DNA of 64,000 nt from an uncultured bacterium (GTDB lineage: Bacteria; Krumholzibacteriota; Krumholzibacteriia; LZORAL124-64-63): contig CAVSGO010000004.1 in the NCBI GenBank assembly GCA_963727525.1, positions 15,178 to 79,177 on the forward strand. The letters run 5' to 3'. This document shows, piece by piece, positions 62,011 to 64,000 of the stretch. The translations under genes were made by a program, and so were the position numbers. A model generated the notes under the pieces. The model was not told the origin of the DNA and made no database searches. It saw only the letters and a program-made list of their open reading frames with translations. The stretch's first letter is position 1. Every line of letters begins with the position of its first letter.

Positions 62011-62716
62011 CACGCGTCGTGACGAGAATGCAGGCGCCGCTCGTGGCGGCGTCGAACGGAGTGCCGGCGAAATCGCCGAGCTGGGCGGTCACCGTCAGTC
62101 CGGCCGCCTCGTGGCGAGCGGCGAGTTCGGCCCCGGTGTGCGGCCAGAGCGTCTCGTTCCCGGCGAAGAGCACGTGTGCGCCATCGCGCAGCTCGGTGCG
62201 AAAGGCCACGGCGCTGTCGCCGCGCGGTTCGTAGCGGCGACGGAAGACGAGGCCGCCACCCACGTCGAGGTCGGGGAAATCGTAATGGTCGACGAGCGGG
62301 AGCAGGCGGTCGAAGTTCACCGTCTGCACGAGCCACGGCGCACCGGGCACGAGCAACGCGGCCAGGTCGTGCAGTGCGCGGTCCTGGTCGGACGGTGCGA
62401 GGTGTGGCCACACGTTGCCGATGCAGTAGGCCCCCTGGAGCGGACCATCGAGGGAGCCGACGGCGCGCAGGTCGAGCGTCCGGAACGCCGCGCTCGGGTA
62501 GCGCGCCCGGGCGGCTGCGATCATCGCGTCATCGAGGTCCACGCCGAGCGCCGCGAGACCGCTATCCGCCAAGCGCCCGCAATAGTGCCCGGGGCCGCAC
62601 CCGGCGTCGAGCACGGCGCCGCATTGCGGCAGATGCTCCCGCAGAAATGCGAAGGTCTTCTCGCGCAGCGGGAAGACCTTCTCGTAATGGGTGGCGAAAT
62701 CGGCGTAGAACGACAT
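61994..62716 (-). CDS. Class I SAM-dependent methyltransferase
   Basis: VLDAGCGPG, GVDLD, CIGN..HL, LVPGA, VNFD. Confidence 0.88.
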   Translation of the reverse strand: MSFYADFATHYEKVFPLREKTFAFLREHLPQCGAVLDAGCGPGHYCGRLADSGLAALGVDLDDAMIAAARARYPSAAFRTLDLRAVGSLDGPLQGAYCIGNVWPHLAPSDQDRALHDLAALLVPGAPWLVQTVNFDRLLPLVDHYDFPDLDVGGGLVFRRRYEPRGDSAVAFRTELRDGAHVLFAGNETLWPHTGAELAARHEAAGLTVTAQLGDFAGTPFDAATSGACILVTTRAIPPA

Positions 62717-62720
62717 GCGC

Positions 62721-63998
<1,278 letters not shown>

Positions 63999-64000
63999 GG

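Overview
High-GC bacterial chromosomal window. The lineage is probably an FCB-group candidate phylum such as Ca. Krumholzibacteriota/Eisenbacteria/Latescibacterota; this is inferred from several secreted proteins ending in a 'PNPFNP' FlgD-Ig C-terminal domain and one ending in a short 'TWGGVKAIF' tail. It holds about 52 CDS. These include an orphan trpB with a complete Trp attenuator (leader peptide with WW, antiterminator, terminator), secreted hydrolases (two M14, S8, M48, S49/SppA with an N-terminal barrel-like region, a degenerate GH57-like protein), a stand-alone dockerin and an ECF sigma/anti-sigma pair. There are two different pstSCAB operons plus phoB-phoR-phoU-porin, each preceded by a shared ~11-bp-period direct repeat (candidate Pho box). 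A sigma54-type cheA-cheW-cheD-HDOD-cheY-cheX-cheB operon lacking MCP/CheR converges on a sigma28-type cheY-(CheX)2-CheX-like cassette. Also present are RNA-modification genes (trmJ, rlmD-like, thiI), ahpC, a collapsed pgi remnant and a partial ettA. I saw no rRNA, tRNA, CRISPR array, transposase or prophage genes. All family calls come from motif recognition by eye, not database searches.
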